Positions 40,290 through 48,800 of a DNA stretch of 64,000 bases are shown one piece after another. The notes below the pieces were generated by a model. It did not search any database and had not been told where the DNA came from. It was given only the letters and a program-made list of their open reading frames with translations. The position numbers and the translations under genes are program-made. How positions within the stretch are numbered: the first letter of the stretch is position 1; every line of letters begins with the position of its first letter. The stretch comes from Cyanobacteriota bacterium (lineage in GTDB: Bacteria; Cyanobacteriota; Cyanobacteriia; PCC-6307; Cyanobiaceae): contig JBJOMY010000001.1 in assembly GCA_046052125.1 (NCBI GenBank), positions 576,001-640,000 of the forward strand, given 5' to 3'.

Positions 40290-41147
40290 ATGCGCCGCCG
40301 TCAGGTTCTAAAGCTGCTGACAATCGGCGTGTTCGTGGCTCTAGGAGCCTTCCAGGTAGCCAGCGCTGCACCTAAAGAATCCGTTCGTTTTCTGGCAGTG
40401 GCCGATACGGGAAGCGGCAATGCCAACCAGCTGGCCGTTGGGGCCCAAATGGCAGCAGTGCACCGCCAGCGCCCCGTGGATTTGGTGGTGCTAGGGGGCG
40501 ACAACATCTACCCCTCTGGAGACATGGCTCTAGTTGAGACCACATTTCTTCGCCCCTACGCCGAATTGTTAGCGGCCAAGGTGCCATTCCATGCGGTACT
40601 GGGCAACCACGACATCCGCACCGCCAATGGCGATCCACAGGTGGCCTACAAGCCGTTTGGAATGAACGGTCGCTTCTACAGCCTCCGCCGTGGCGATCTG
40701 GAGCTGTTCATGCTCGATACCAATGTCAACGCCGATTGGACCGCTCAGTTGCGTTGGATGCGCTCAGCCCTGGGCGCCAGCAAAGCCACCTGGAAAGTGG
40801 TGGTAGGACACCACCCGATTTATTCCTCAGGCATGTATGGCAACGATCCCGAGCTCCGGAGCAGGATCGCGTCATTGATGCAGCACAACGGAGTTCAGCT
40901 TTACATCAACGGACACGAGCACAATTACGAGCGGAGCCGTCCTATCGATGGCATCACCTACCTGGTAGTCGGTGGCGGAGGTGCCGAGCTGCGCCCCATT
41001 CTTCCGACCGACCAGAGCGCCCGTGCTGTGAGCGCGTACAGCTTTGCAGAGATCGAAGCGGGACCCAAAGAACTCAGCGTGATGGCCTGGAAGAGCAACG
41101 GAGAACTCATCGACCGCGCCGTGATTGCGCATCGCCCTGGGGAATAG
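40290..41147 (+). CDS. Calcineurin-like metallophosphoesterase (purple acid phosphatase-like), probable Tat substrate
   Basis: Motifs DTG, GDNIY, GNHD, GHHP and GHEH. N-terminal MRRRQVLK is twin-arginine-like. Confidence 0.9.
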   Translation: MRRRQVLKLLTIGVFVALGAFQVASAAPKESVRFLAVADTGSGNANQLAVGAQMAAVHRQRPVDLVVLGGDNIYPSGDMALVETTFLRPYAELLAAKVPFHAVLGNHDIRTANGDPQVAYKPFGMNGRFYSLRRGDLELFMLDTNVNADWTAQLRWMRSALGASKATWKVVVGHHPIYSSGMYGNDPELRSRIASLMQHNGVQLYINGHEHNYERSRPIDGITYLVVGGGGAELRPILPTDQSARAVSAYSFAEIEAGPKELSVMAWKSNGELIDRAVIAHRPGE

Positions 41148-41234
41148 GCGGCTCACACTGCACCCAACTGCGGCAGCCTGAGTGAGTGAAAGTGTGAAAA
41201 CAAAAAGAGTTCACGAGTATTTCTCTCAAGGGCT

Positions 41235-41273
41235 CCAGTCACATTTAGTCAGAGCCTCAGCCAGGCTCAGTCA
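41235..41273 (+). promoter_or_regulatory. Four phased direct repeats YYAGYCA (candidate response-regulator site)
   Basis: CCAGTCA, TTAGTCA, TCAGCCA and TCAGTCA at 10/12/10-bp spacing upstream of 41358. Confidence 0.35.
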
Positions 41274-41357
41274 CCTATCAACCAGAAGAGCGGATTTGGC
41301 TGGTTGCAGGTCAAGGAGCACTGCTGCTCTGACCTCCTCCCACACACCCAAGCAGTC

Positions 41358-41777
41358 ATGAACCCTTCTGCTTCCCGTTCTCACCGCCTGAGCTCTGCAG
41401 TGCGACTTGGCCTTGCTCTTGCAGCCACAGCTGCCGCCTTGATTCCACACGCGGCATCAGCGCGGCCCTGGCCGATCCCCCGGACCAGTTGGACTGGCAG
41501 CGTTCAGGACTATCCCGCACCCACAGCACCGCCACGGCCCTGGTGGAACCCTGCAGCGAACAGTGGCGATCAGGCCTACGCCACGCCACCGCTCACTCCC
41601 GAGCAACAGATCCAGCGCTGCAACACCGGTCGACTGATCGGCGGCCTCGGCGGTGGGGCGGTGGCCTACGCCATGTCGCGCGATGATGGCCGGGCCTGGG
41701 CGATTCCCCTTGGCGCACTGCTCGGCTCACAGGTGGGGTGCAACGCGGCGGCCGGCCGAGGTCCGCTGCCCTGGTGA
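41358..41777 (+). CDS. Glycine-zipper 2TM-type exported protein
   Basis: Signal peptide plus GRLIGGLGGGAVAYAMSR...WAIPLGALLGSQVGC. Confidence 0.7.
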   Translation: MNPSASRSHRLSSAVRLGLALAATAAALIPHAASARPWPIPRTSWTGSVQDYPAPTAPPRPWWNPAANSGDQAYATPPLTPEQQIQRCNTGRLIGGLGGGAVAYAMSRDDGRAWAIPLGALLGSQVGCNAAAGRGPLPW

Positions 41778-41784
41778 GGAGCTC

Positions 41785-42495
41785 TCAGGTCTGCTCTTGC
41801 CTTTCCGCCGTCCAGATCCAGCCCTCCTTCCTGGCTCGATCCAGATCCACAGGAGGGCGCGCACGGCCTCGGATGAAATCCGCCGCCGCTAGCACGCAGA
41901 CGAGGGCATCGATGGCATCGGCCGAGCTTGGAAGAGCGCCGTCGAGGGCGGTGAGATCGAGCAACGGCTCCAATCCCTCGATGGAGCCACCCTTGCCTTC
42001 TGAGCCATGGGCAAGTCGGGTGGCTGCCGGATACACCTCAATGGCAGCGGTGGGGTTCACATCAATTGGAGACCAGGCCAATGGAATTGCCATGCCCGTC
42101 GACGTCCTGAGCGTTTGCAGCAGATCGAGCGCTGCGACAGCTGTGCGCGAGATGAAGTTAGCCCCAACTTCCAAAGGCCGCTTACCGAAACGCTGGTAGA
42201 TGTCGTCGTCGCTCTGGCGTCGGAACAGGGCATGGGCTGTGGAACCCATCGCCGCTCCTGCCTGATGAGCGGCCAAGGCCTGCCCGATCGCGAGCGGCCA
42301 ACCCAGCGGAGCGTCAAGGGCCAGCAGCGCCGACTCGCCTGACTTCAACCAGCTGCTCACGATTGAGGCTGGCGACTCCTTGGGACTTGCAGTGCGGCAA
42401 GCCTTGATCCGCACGCGCTCGCCATTCAGTTCACCGAGCGCAAGCCCCACCTTGTTGGGCTGCGTGGCGCAATCGATGCCGATCAGGGCAACCAT
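41785..42495 (-). CDS. DUF429 family protein (predicted RNase H-like nuclease)
   Basis: IGID, LDAPLGWP, IEVYPAA and DAIDALVC motifs. The start could alternatively be 42534. Confidence 0.8.
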   Translation of the reverse strand: MVALIGIDCATQPNKVGLALGELNGERVRIKACRTASPKESPASIVSSWLKSGESALLALDAPLGWPLAIGQALAAHQAGAAMGSTAHALFRRQSDDDIYQRFGKRPLEVGANFISRTAVAALDLLQTLRTSTGMAIPLAWSPIDVNPTAAIEVYPAATRLAHGSEGKGGSIEGLEPLLDLTALDGALPSSADAIDALVCVLAAADFIRGRARPPVDLDRARKEGWIWTAERQEQT

Positions 42496-42512
42496 CGCCG
42501 CTGGACTTCTGC

Positions 42513-42713
42513 TCAGACTCTGGCCTGTATCCACTCCTGCAGCAGTTGCTGAGGGTCAACACCCTCCAGCAGTTCATCGGGCACCACCGCCACGCGCCGC
42601 AGATCCGGCATACGGCTGCGCACCTGCGCGATGGCGTGGTCAGGGTCCATCGCCCGCACCGGCTGAATGCTGCAGCGCTCCTGATCGCAGAAGAACACGG
42701 AAAACGCTGCCAT
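42513..42713 (-). CDS. Small hypothetical protein
   Basis: 66-aa ATG ORF directly upstream of DUF429 in the same orientation. Confidence 0.45.
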   Translation of the reverse strand: MAAFSVFFCDQERCSIQPVRAMDPDHAIAQVRSRMPDLRRVAVVPDELLEGVDPQQLLQEWIQARV

Positions 42714-43347
42714 GCCTGGGCTCTAGAAGTGAAATTGGGTGGGCTGCGGTGTGAGGAGTGCAGCCCAGTGCATCGCTGTGATGACGGCCAGGGGGTGATG
42801 ACCTCTCCTGACGCGTGAAGCGAGCACCGCTCGGTCATGGCCCAGGTGGCGGGTCAAGCGCAAGAGCGATCAGAGCGTCAGTGCTGCTCAATCGGGCTGA
42901 TCGGCTCGAGCACCTCCAACAGCGCCTGCAATTCCACCTGAGGATCACGCTGCAACAGAGCGACCACATCGGATTTGGGGCCTACTCGTGCCGCCCTTGC
43001 CCAGCTGATACACCGTGATCCAGGGGCTTCGCCGGTGCTCTCTCAGCCGGTAGCGGGCGCCGAAGGCGCGCAGCACCGCATTGCAGCGCTGCATGGGGCC
43101 CTAAAGGGTGGCCATGGGAAACGCATCTCTGTCGTGAGTGTTCCCACTGATCAGGCCCCAGAACCCCACTCAGTCTCAGCAAATGAGACGCGGTGGATTC
43201 CTTGGGACTTGTCCCAAGGAAATGACACAACTACGGTTTTCGGCAATCTCCCCGGACTCATTCCGGCCGGAGTGGAGTGCCTTCAGAAGCCCTGAAATCC
43301 CTTGCGCCGCAGGGTTAAACCCTTGCAGTCAAAACGATCTCAAGAAA

Positions 43348-43394
43348 TGGGTCGTCTGAGATTCGAACTCAGGACCAATCGGTTAAAAGCCAAT
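43348..43394 (-). mobile_element. att site: 3' fragment of tRNA-Lys(UUU), not an intact tRNA
   Basis: Minus strand reads ATTGG-CTTTTAA-CCGAT TGGTC CTGAG-TTCGAAT-CTCAG ACGACCCA: anticodon arm, T arm and 3' acceptor strand. There is no D arm or 5' acceptor strand upstream. Confidence 0.88.
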
Positions 43395-44130
43395 CTTGAC
43401 CGCTCGACAATACTTTCGATCACCGGATTGAGTCTCAAGAGGTACAGGGAAGGTACAAATGACAATCTCCGACATCATAAGACACCCCTTTGGGTTCCTC
43501 CTTGCGACACCGGGCCGGAATATGTTTTGTAACCCTGCTTCTGAGGCCGCCCCGCCAGGGCCATGCCACATGCCTATCCGAGCACCCAAGCGGGACAGAA
43601 GCCAGTTGCAGCAAGTGGTCAGCCGCAAGACCTAAGAACAAGCAGAGCCAGCAATGCCACCCCTAAGCATCAATCAGACCGAGCAGGAGTCAGAAGACTT
43701 ATTTAGCTATCTGACGGCGCTGAACTCGATAAGCGGCCCACTTCATGTCTCTTTGATTCTTCTGAGGCTGCTGATATGCGGCATTGATAGCGTCGCCACA
43801 GCCTGCCGTGCACCCACGGGCGACCTCACCCGGCCGCCCAGCCCTTGGCCATAACCGTGGGCGCAAATTACCGCCATTTGGAGAAAGAGAACTGTCATTG
43901 AGGCCAGGCAGCCACTCGAGCAACGCCAGACCCCCCAGGCCGCCCTGCAAGCCCTGGGCAACTGGCTTGGGGCCTTCCAGCCAGGGCGGGACGCCCAGGC
44001 TGAAAAGAGCTGGCAACCCGGCACGACGGCGGCCCTGCAGGAGGAGAGACCTGCCGCAGAGCCCCACGGCAATACAGCTCGTTGCGAAGGCGCTAGCTAC
44101 CGCCAACCGTTCGCGAAGTCAACAGGCATA

Positions 44131-44838
44131 ATGTTAGGGTTCCCAAATGGCAACCCAGTGCAGAGCCTCCAGCACAAGCTAGACGCTGCGCGGGTGCAAT
44201 TTGGCAAATTTTTGCGCAATTGGCGTCGTAGCAACGACTGGTCGGTGACCACCGCCCAGGACTGGGCCAAGGCCTGCCCTGCCCTGATCCCCTGGCCGTT
44301 GCGGGTGGCTGGAGGGCAGTGGGGGAACCTGGAGAACGGCAAGGTCCAGCAGCCCCAGCCCAGCACCTTCATTCAGCTGGGGGTGCTCAACGAGTGCCTG
44401 GCCCTCGAGGACCGTGGCCCGATCAAGGACAAGACCCTGCGCGACCGGGTGCAGCGGGCCCAGCCGGTGCGGCACCCCGACGGCCGGGTCTGGGGCGCAG
44501 AGGACTGGTTCGCCTGCTACATCGGCAAGCTCGAGGGTCCGGCTGAGCTCTGGCCCCGCCAGGACGACATCGACGCGGAGACCGAGACCAAGCGTCTGCG
44601 CACGCTGTTCGACCAGGCAGCAGAGAGCGCCGGCATGCGGCCGGTATCGGCGGCGATGCAGGTGCTGCGCAAGGCCGGTGATCTGCCGATGGAGCAGGTC
44701 GTGGCCATCGAGAACGCGCTTTTTGCCGGCGAGCGACTGCCAGCGGCCATCCTGCCCATCGCCCGCCAGGCACTGGAAGCCTGGGTGAAAGAAGCAGCCC
44801 CGGAACTGCTCTCCTCGGAAGGCGAGGCCTCCTCCTGA
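44131..44838 (+). CDS. Putative XRE/HTH-like regulator
   Basis: FGKFLRNWRRSNDWS...QWGNLENGKVQQPQPSTF resembles an XRE helix pattern. It is the first clear gene inside the element; the start may be GTG 44158. Confidence 0.6.
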   Translation: MLGFPNGNPVQSLQHKLDAARVQFGKFLRNWRRSNDWSVTTAQDWAKACPALIPWPLRVAGGQWGNLENGKVQQPQPSTFIQLGVLNECLALEDRGPIKDKTLRDRVQRAQPVRHPDGRVWGAEDWFACYIGKLEGPAELWPRQDDIDAETETKRLRTLFDQAAESAGMRPVSAAMQVLRKAGDLPMEQVVAIENALFAGERLPAAILPIARQALEAWVKEAAPELLSSEGEASS

Positions 44839-44978
44839 TCCAGCAGCAGCACGCGGAACCAGACCGGGGCCGTGGCCATCACTACAGACCAGCAATTATG
44901 CGTAGCCGGAATACCAGGCTTTAGCGTTCCCGAAACCGTTACAACAGGGGTAGCTTTGGCGTCGACCTGCAAGACCTT

Positions 44979-45323
44979 GTGGATCGCGCCGAACGCGGCA
45001 CACCTGATGCCGATTCCAGGCCTCCTGATGGCCTGGAGATCCGATACCCCCATCGCTCCGATCTGGAGCACTACACCCTGATCCAGGCTTCTTTCTCTGC
45101 AGCCCTTGCCACGTGGCAGCAGCGCTGGCCGGCGATCAACGCTGAATCCCTGGCTGCCCTGGCCGGCCACGGCATCGCCATCAGCTATCGCCAAAGCGCG
45201 TGCGGCGGCTACGTGGCCACCCTGCTGCACCGCGAAGGCGGTGGCATCGATTCGGGCCTGTGCCCGTCGCTGTTGGAGGCCAGACAGCTCGTCCTTGGCC
45301 ATGGCCGGGAGGAGGGGCCATGA
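44979..45323 (+). CDS. Hypothetical protein resembling the N-terminal part of ERF-family annealing proteins
   Basis: LAGHGIAISY...ATLLHREGGGIDS; ATGA-coupled to the exonuclease. The ERF C-terminal TYAxRY motif is absent. Confidence 0.45.
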   Translation: MDRAERGTPDADSRPPDGLEIRYPHRSDLEHYTLIQASFSAALATWQQRWPAINAESLAALAGHGIAISYRQSACGGYVATLLHREGGGIDSGLCPSLLEARQLVLGHGREEGP

Positions 45324-46168
45324 GCGACCTCTCCCTGGCGGACTACCACCGCCATCCCGCCTGGTCTCCCACCGCCTTGAAGGCAGCCGTCACGGGCACG
45401 ATGCGGGCCTGGTGGCAGCGCTTCGGGCCGGGGGCGCCGCCGTTCATCCCCTCGCCGGACATGGTCAAGGGGGATCTGGTCGATGCCCTGCTCACCCCGC
45501 CGTTCCGCATCGAGGAGCGCTTTGCGGCGTTCAAGACGATCGCCCGCAACACCAAGGCCGGTGCCGCCAACTGCGCCGAGGCCGAAGCAGCCGGGCTGAC
45601 GCCGGTGAGCCACGAGATGGTGGAGCAGGCCCAGCGCATCCGCGATGCCCTCCATGCCGATCCGGTGGTGGGGGAGGTGCTGGCGGCGCTGGATCCAGCA
45701 GCCAGCCAGCAGCCCCACTTCTGGGATGACGAAGCCGGCCGGCCCTGCCGCTGCCTGCCGGATGTGGTGACCAGCGACGGCCGCCTGTTCGACCTCAAGA
45801 AGACGCGAAGCGCCGTGCCCCGTCGCTTCTACTGGCAGGCGAAGGATCTGGCCTACGACCTGCAGATCGCCCATCTGGCCCTGGGGCACCAGCACCGCTG
45901 CGGCTCCGAGCCGGCCGAAACCGGGGTGATCGCCTTCGAGTGGCCGAGCGATCCAGCCGCGGCAATCGACTGCAGCCTGCTGATCTTCGACGGACAGGAC
46001 CTGCAGAGCGGGCTGGCGCGGCGGGAGGAAGCCTTCCAGCGGATCGCCGACTGCCAGGCCAGTGGCATCTGGCCGAGCCACGGCCGCCACGCCTTCCGCC
46101 CTGCGCCCTCCAGTTTCAGCCTTCCCGAACGCGAAGAACTTGATCAGGATTCCATTGACCTCTTCTGA
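45320..46168 (+). CDS. PD-(D/E)XK exonuclease, RecE/exonuclease VIII (DUF3799)-like
   Basis: YH.HPA.S.T.LK, M.KG..V.ALL, CRCLPD...DLKKT and YDLQ motifs. Confidence 0.82.
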   Translation: MSDLSLADYHRHPAWSPTALKAAVTGTMRAWWQRFGPGAPPFIPSPDMVKGDLVDALLTPPFRIEERFAAFKTIARNTKAGAANCAEAEAAGLTPVSHEMVEQAQRIRDALHADPVVGEVLAALDPAASQQPHFWDDEAGRPCRCLPDVVTSDGRLFDLKKTRSAVPRRFYWQAKDLAYDLQIAHLALGHQHRCGSEPAETGVIAFEWPSDPAAAIDCSLLIFDGQDLQSGLARREEAFQRIADCQASGIWPSHGRHAFRPAPSSFSLPEREELDQDSIDLF

Positions 46169-47415
46169 TGAGCGACCCCACCCTCACAACCGGCGCGCTT
46201 GCGCCCTCCACTTCCACCTCCTCAGCGCTGACGGTGCACGGGGATGCCCTGCAGGTGTTCAGCGGCATCGCCGCCTTTGACGCCGCCCAGCGCATGGCCA
46301 AGGCCCTGTGCTCCTCCACCCTCGTGCCCAAGGAGTACCAGGGGCAACAGGGGCTGGCGAACAGCCTGATCGCCCTGGAGATCGCCGGCCGCATGCGCCT
46401 CTCGCCCCTGGTGGTGATGCAGAACATGACGCCGATCCACGGGCGGCCCACCTGGAGCAGCAAGTTCCTGATCGCCACGGTGAATGCCAGCGGCCGCTTC
46501 TCGCCGCTGCGCTTCGTGTTCGACGACAAGGAGCAGCCCACCCGCTGCCACGCCGTGGCGACCGACAAGGCCACCGGCGAGGTGCTGGAGGGGGAGACGA
46601 TCACGCTCGAGCTGGCCCGCAAGGAGGGCTGGTGGAGCCGCAAGGACCGCCAGGGCAACGAGACCAGCAAGTGGCAGACGATGACCGGCCAGATGCTGCG
46701 CTACCGCGCCGCGGCCTGGTGGGCGAACGTCTACTGCCCGGAGATTGCCCTGGGGCTGATGACCCAGGAGGAGGCGCTGGACATCGAGCCGGTGTCGGTG
46801 CGGGAGGCGCCTGCGGCAACCCTGCCGACCAGCTCGCTTGATCAACCAACGTCAGGAGCGACAGATGCCAAGCAGGGCCCAGCAGTTCCTGCACTCCTGC
46901 ACTCTCGGGAAGGCGGTTCTCCTCTGCCGGGTCCCCTGAACCCTGAGGCAGATGCGCCGCTGATCCGCAGCGAACCCGCTGCAGGTGAAGCCGCTCTTCC
47001 TGCTGCGGTGGTGGAGGCCGAGATCGTCGACAGCGGCAACAACCAGCCGGAGCCTGCCCCCGCAAGCAAAGCAACCCCCGCAGCGACGCGCCGCTCGCGA
47101 AACCAGGGGACATCCGCAGCCGGCACGACCGCAGCCAACACGCCCGAAAGCCCGCCGTCTGAGCAAGATCCGGCGCCAGTCGGCTCCCAGGAGCCAGTGG
47201 AAGCATCCCCGGCACCAGCGGCAACCCCAGACGTCGACCCGGTGGAGGCCGGGCTGCAGCAGATCCCCCGCATCGCCACCCTGCTGGAGCTTGATGCCGC
47301 CTACGGGCGGGTGAACCAGCTGCTCGGCTCGGGGCGCATCACCGACAGCGCCGCCGAACGGTTGTGGAGTGCCGTCGCCCGGCGCCGCAAGGAGCTGGAG
47401 GGAGAGACCCCATGA
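46168..47415 (+). CDS. RecT-like ssDNA-annealing protein with Pro/Ala-rich tail
   Basis: SSTLVPKEYQG..ANSLIAL, MQNM..IHGRPTW and KWQTM..QMLRYRAA...YCPE motifs; coupled directly after the exonuclease. Confidence 0.72.
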   Translation: MSDPTLTTGALAPSTSTSSALTVHGDALQVFSGIAAFDAAQRMAKALCSSTLVPKEYQGQQGLANSLIALEIAGRMRLSPLVVMQNMTPIHGRPTWSSKFLIATVNASGRFSPLRFVFDDKEQPTRCHAVATDKATGEVLEGETITLELARKEGWWSRKDRQGNETSKWQTMTGQMLRYRAAAWWANVYCPEIALGLMTQEEALDIEPVSVREAPAATLPTSSLDQPTSGATDAKQGPAVPALLHSREGGSPLPGPLNPEADAPLIRSEPAAGEAALPAAVVEAEIVDSGNNQPEPAPASKATPAATRRSRNQGTSAAGTTAANTPESPPSEQDPAPVGSQEPVEASPAPAATPDVDPVEAGLQQIPRIATLLELDAAYGRVNQLLGSGRITDSAAERLWSAVARRRKELEGETP

Positions 47416-47798
47416 GCACCACCCTCTATCTGATCCAGGCCCAACACCTGCTGGAGCTGGCGCTGGATCAGGCCCGCCAGGAGCGCGACAGGGGCGTCTT
47501 TGAGATGGCCCGCGGGGAGCGCAGCCTCAAGCAGCTGCAGCGGCTGGTGGAGCGGGCCGCCTTGATTCGGGGCCTGTGGGAGCAGACCCGCAGCCTGATC
47601 GGCGCCAAGGACAATCCCCCGCCACCGACCGAGTTCCGGCCAGGGGAGCACTGGCTGAGCAAAGAAGGCCTCTATCGGGTCGAGCACTGCCCGCTGATCC
47701 CCAGCTGCGTGCAGCTGATCCCACTGGGCAGCAGCGGCCAGGAGCCGCTCTACCGCCACCCGAGCAACACCAACCGTTTTCAGAGGCTCTGGCCATGA
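47412..47798 (+). CDS. Hypothetical protein
   Basis: ATGA overlaps at both ends within the operon. Confidence 0.65.
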   Translation: MSTTLYLIQAQHLLELALDQARQERDRGVFEMARGERSLKQLQRLVERAALIRGLWEQTRSLIGAKDNPPPPTEFRPGEHWLSKEGLYRVEHCPLIPSCVQLIPLGSSGQEPLYRHPSNTNRFQRLWP

Positions 47799-48040
47799 GC
47801 GCACTGCCGGCACGACCGCGGCCCCTGCGCCAGCGAATCGGTAACCACAAAAAGACGATCACCATGAACAACGACACCTACGAGCGGGTGAACGCCTTCG
47901 CGCGGCGCCACAACATCACCTGGAGTGGGGCCCTGCATGAGCTGGTGCGCACCCATCCCCTGATCGGCTTGTCGTCACTGCTGGACGCCCAGAAGCGCAT
48001 CGATGCCATCAAGGGCGCCGCGCAGGAGGTGCAGGCATGA
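47795..48040 (+). CDS. Small ribbon-helix-helix-like protein
   Basis: KKTITMNNDTYERVNAFARRHNITWSGALHELV fits an RHH pattern; ATGA-coupled. Confidence 0.55.
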   Translation: MSALPARPRPLRQRIGNHKKTITMNNDTYERVNAFARRHNITWSGALHELVRTHPLIGLSSLLDAQKRIDAIKGAAQEVQA

Positions 48041-48543
48041 GCATCAACGTGGTCGTGCTGGTCGGCAACGCCGGCCGGGATCCGGAGCTGCGCTTCTTTG
48101 AGAGCGGGAGCTGCGTGTGTGAGTTCACGCTCGCCATCAACCGGCCACCACGGGATGGCCAGGAGCAGAACCCGCTGTGGGTGAACTGCAAGGCCTGGGG
48201 CAAGACCGCCCAGGTGGCCGGGGACTACGTCCGCAAGGGCAGCAAGGTGGCAGTGGTCGGCCGGCTGGAGAGCGAGCAGTGGACCGACAGAACCAGCGGT
48301 GAGGTGCGCAGCAAGACCCTGGTGGTGATCGACCGCCTGGAGCTCTGCGGCAGCCGCGGGGGCGGCGATGGCTTGGGCACTCCCGCTCCCTCCGGCGGGC
48401 CGCCCACCCGAGGGCATGGCTCAGCACCACCAGGTGCAACCGCGCAAGGTGCAGCACCACCGAGCGCAGGCGGCTGGGGGAATGACTGGAGCGCGCCGCC
48501 CGCCGGCGCCACACCCCTCAGCGACGAGGAGGTCCCGTTCTGA
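48037..48543 (+). CDS. ssb: Single-stranded DNA-binding protein
   Basis: INVVVLVGNAGRDPELR, KGSKVAVVGRL and an acidic C-terminal DEEVPF. Confidence 0.95.
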   Translation: MSINVVVLVGNAGRDPELRFFESGSCVCEFTLAINRPPRDGQEQNPLWVNCKAWGKTAQVAGDYVRKGSKVAVVGRLESEQWTDRTSGEVRSKTLVVIDRLELCGSRGGGDGLGTPAPSGGPPTRGHGSAPPGATAQGAAPPSAGGWGNDWSAPPAGATPLSDEEVPF

Positions 48544-48773
48544 TGGAACGCTCCTCCAGACGGCTGGACCTGCCGGCCTTTCCCCGCAGCCGCCCCCGCC
48601 ATCCCAAACTCCTCACCCTGAGCCGCCTGCGCCGCCTCAGGCGGTTGCAGTTGATCGTGCTGCTGCTCCAGCTCGGCTGCCTGGGTCTGTTGATCCGGGT
48701 GGTGGTGCGGGAGCCACTGCCGCTCTGCCGGCTGCAGCAGGCGATGCAAGTGATCCGAGGACCGATCCCCTGA
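48543..48773 (+). CDS. Small hypothetical membrane protein
   Basis: TGATG overlap with ssb; basic stretch plus one hydrophobic helix. Confidence 0.45.
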   Translation: MERSSRRLDLPAFPRSRPRHPKLLTLSRLRRLRRLQLIVLLLQLGCLGLLIRVVVREPLPLCRLQQAMQVIRGPIP

Positions 48774-48800
48774 CCGAAGGGCTCGCTGGGCGCGTGAGGA

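Noticed and set aside
43348..43420. Intact tRNA-Lys gene
   Set aside because: The D arm and 5' acceptor strand are missing; only the 3' half is present.
43400..44110. ORFs 43654..43854, 43699..44106, 43743..44072 as an integrase or excisionase
   Set aside because: No recognisable motifs, and several overlapping frames with none convincing.
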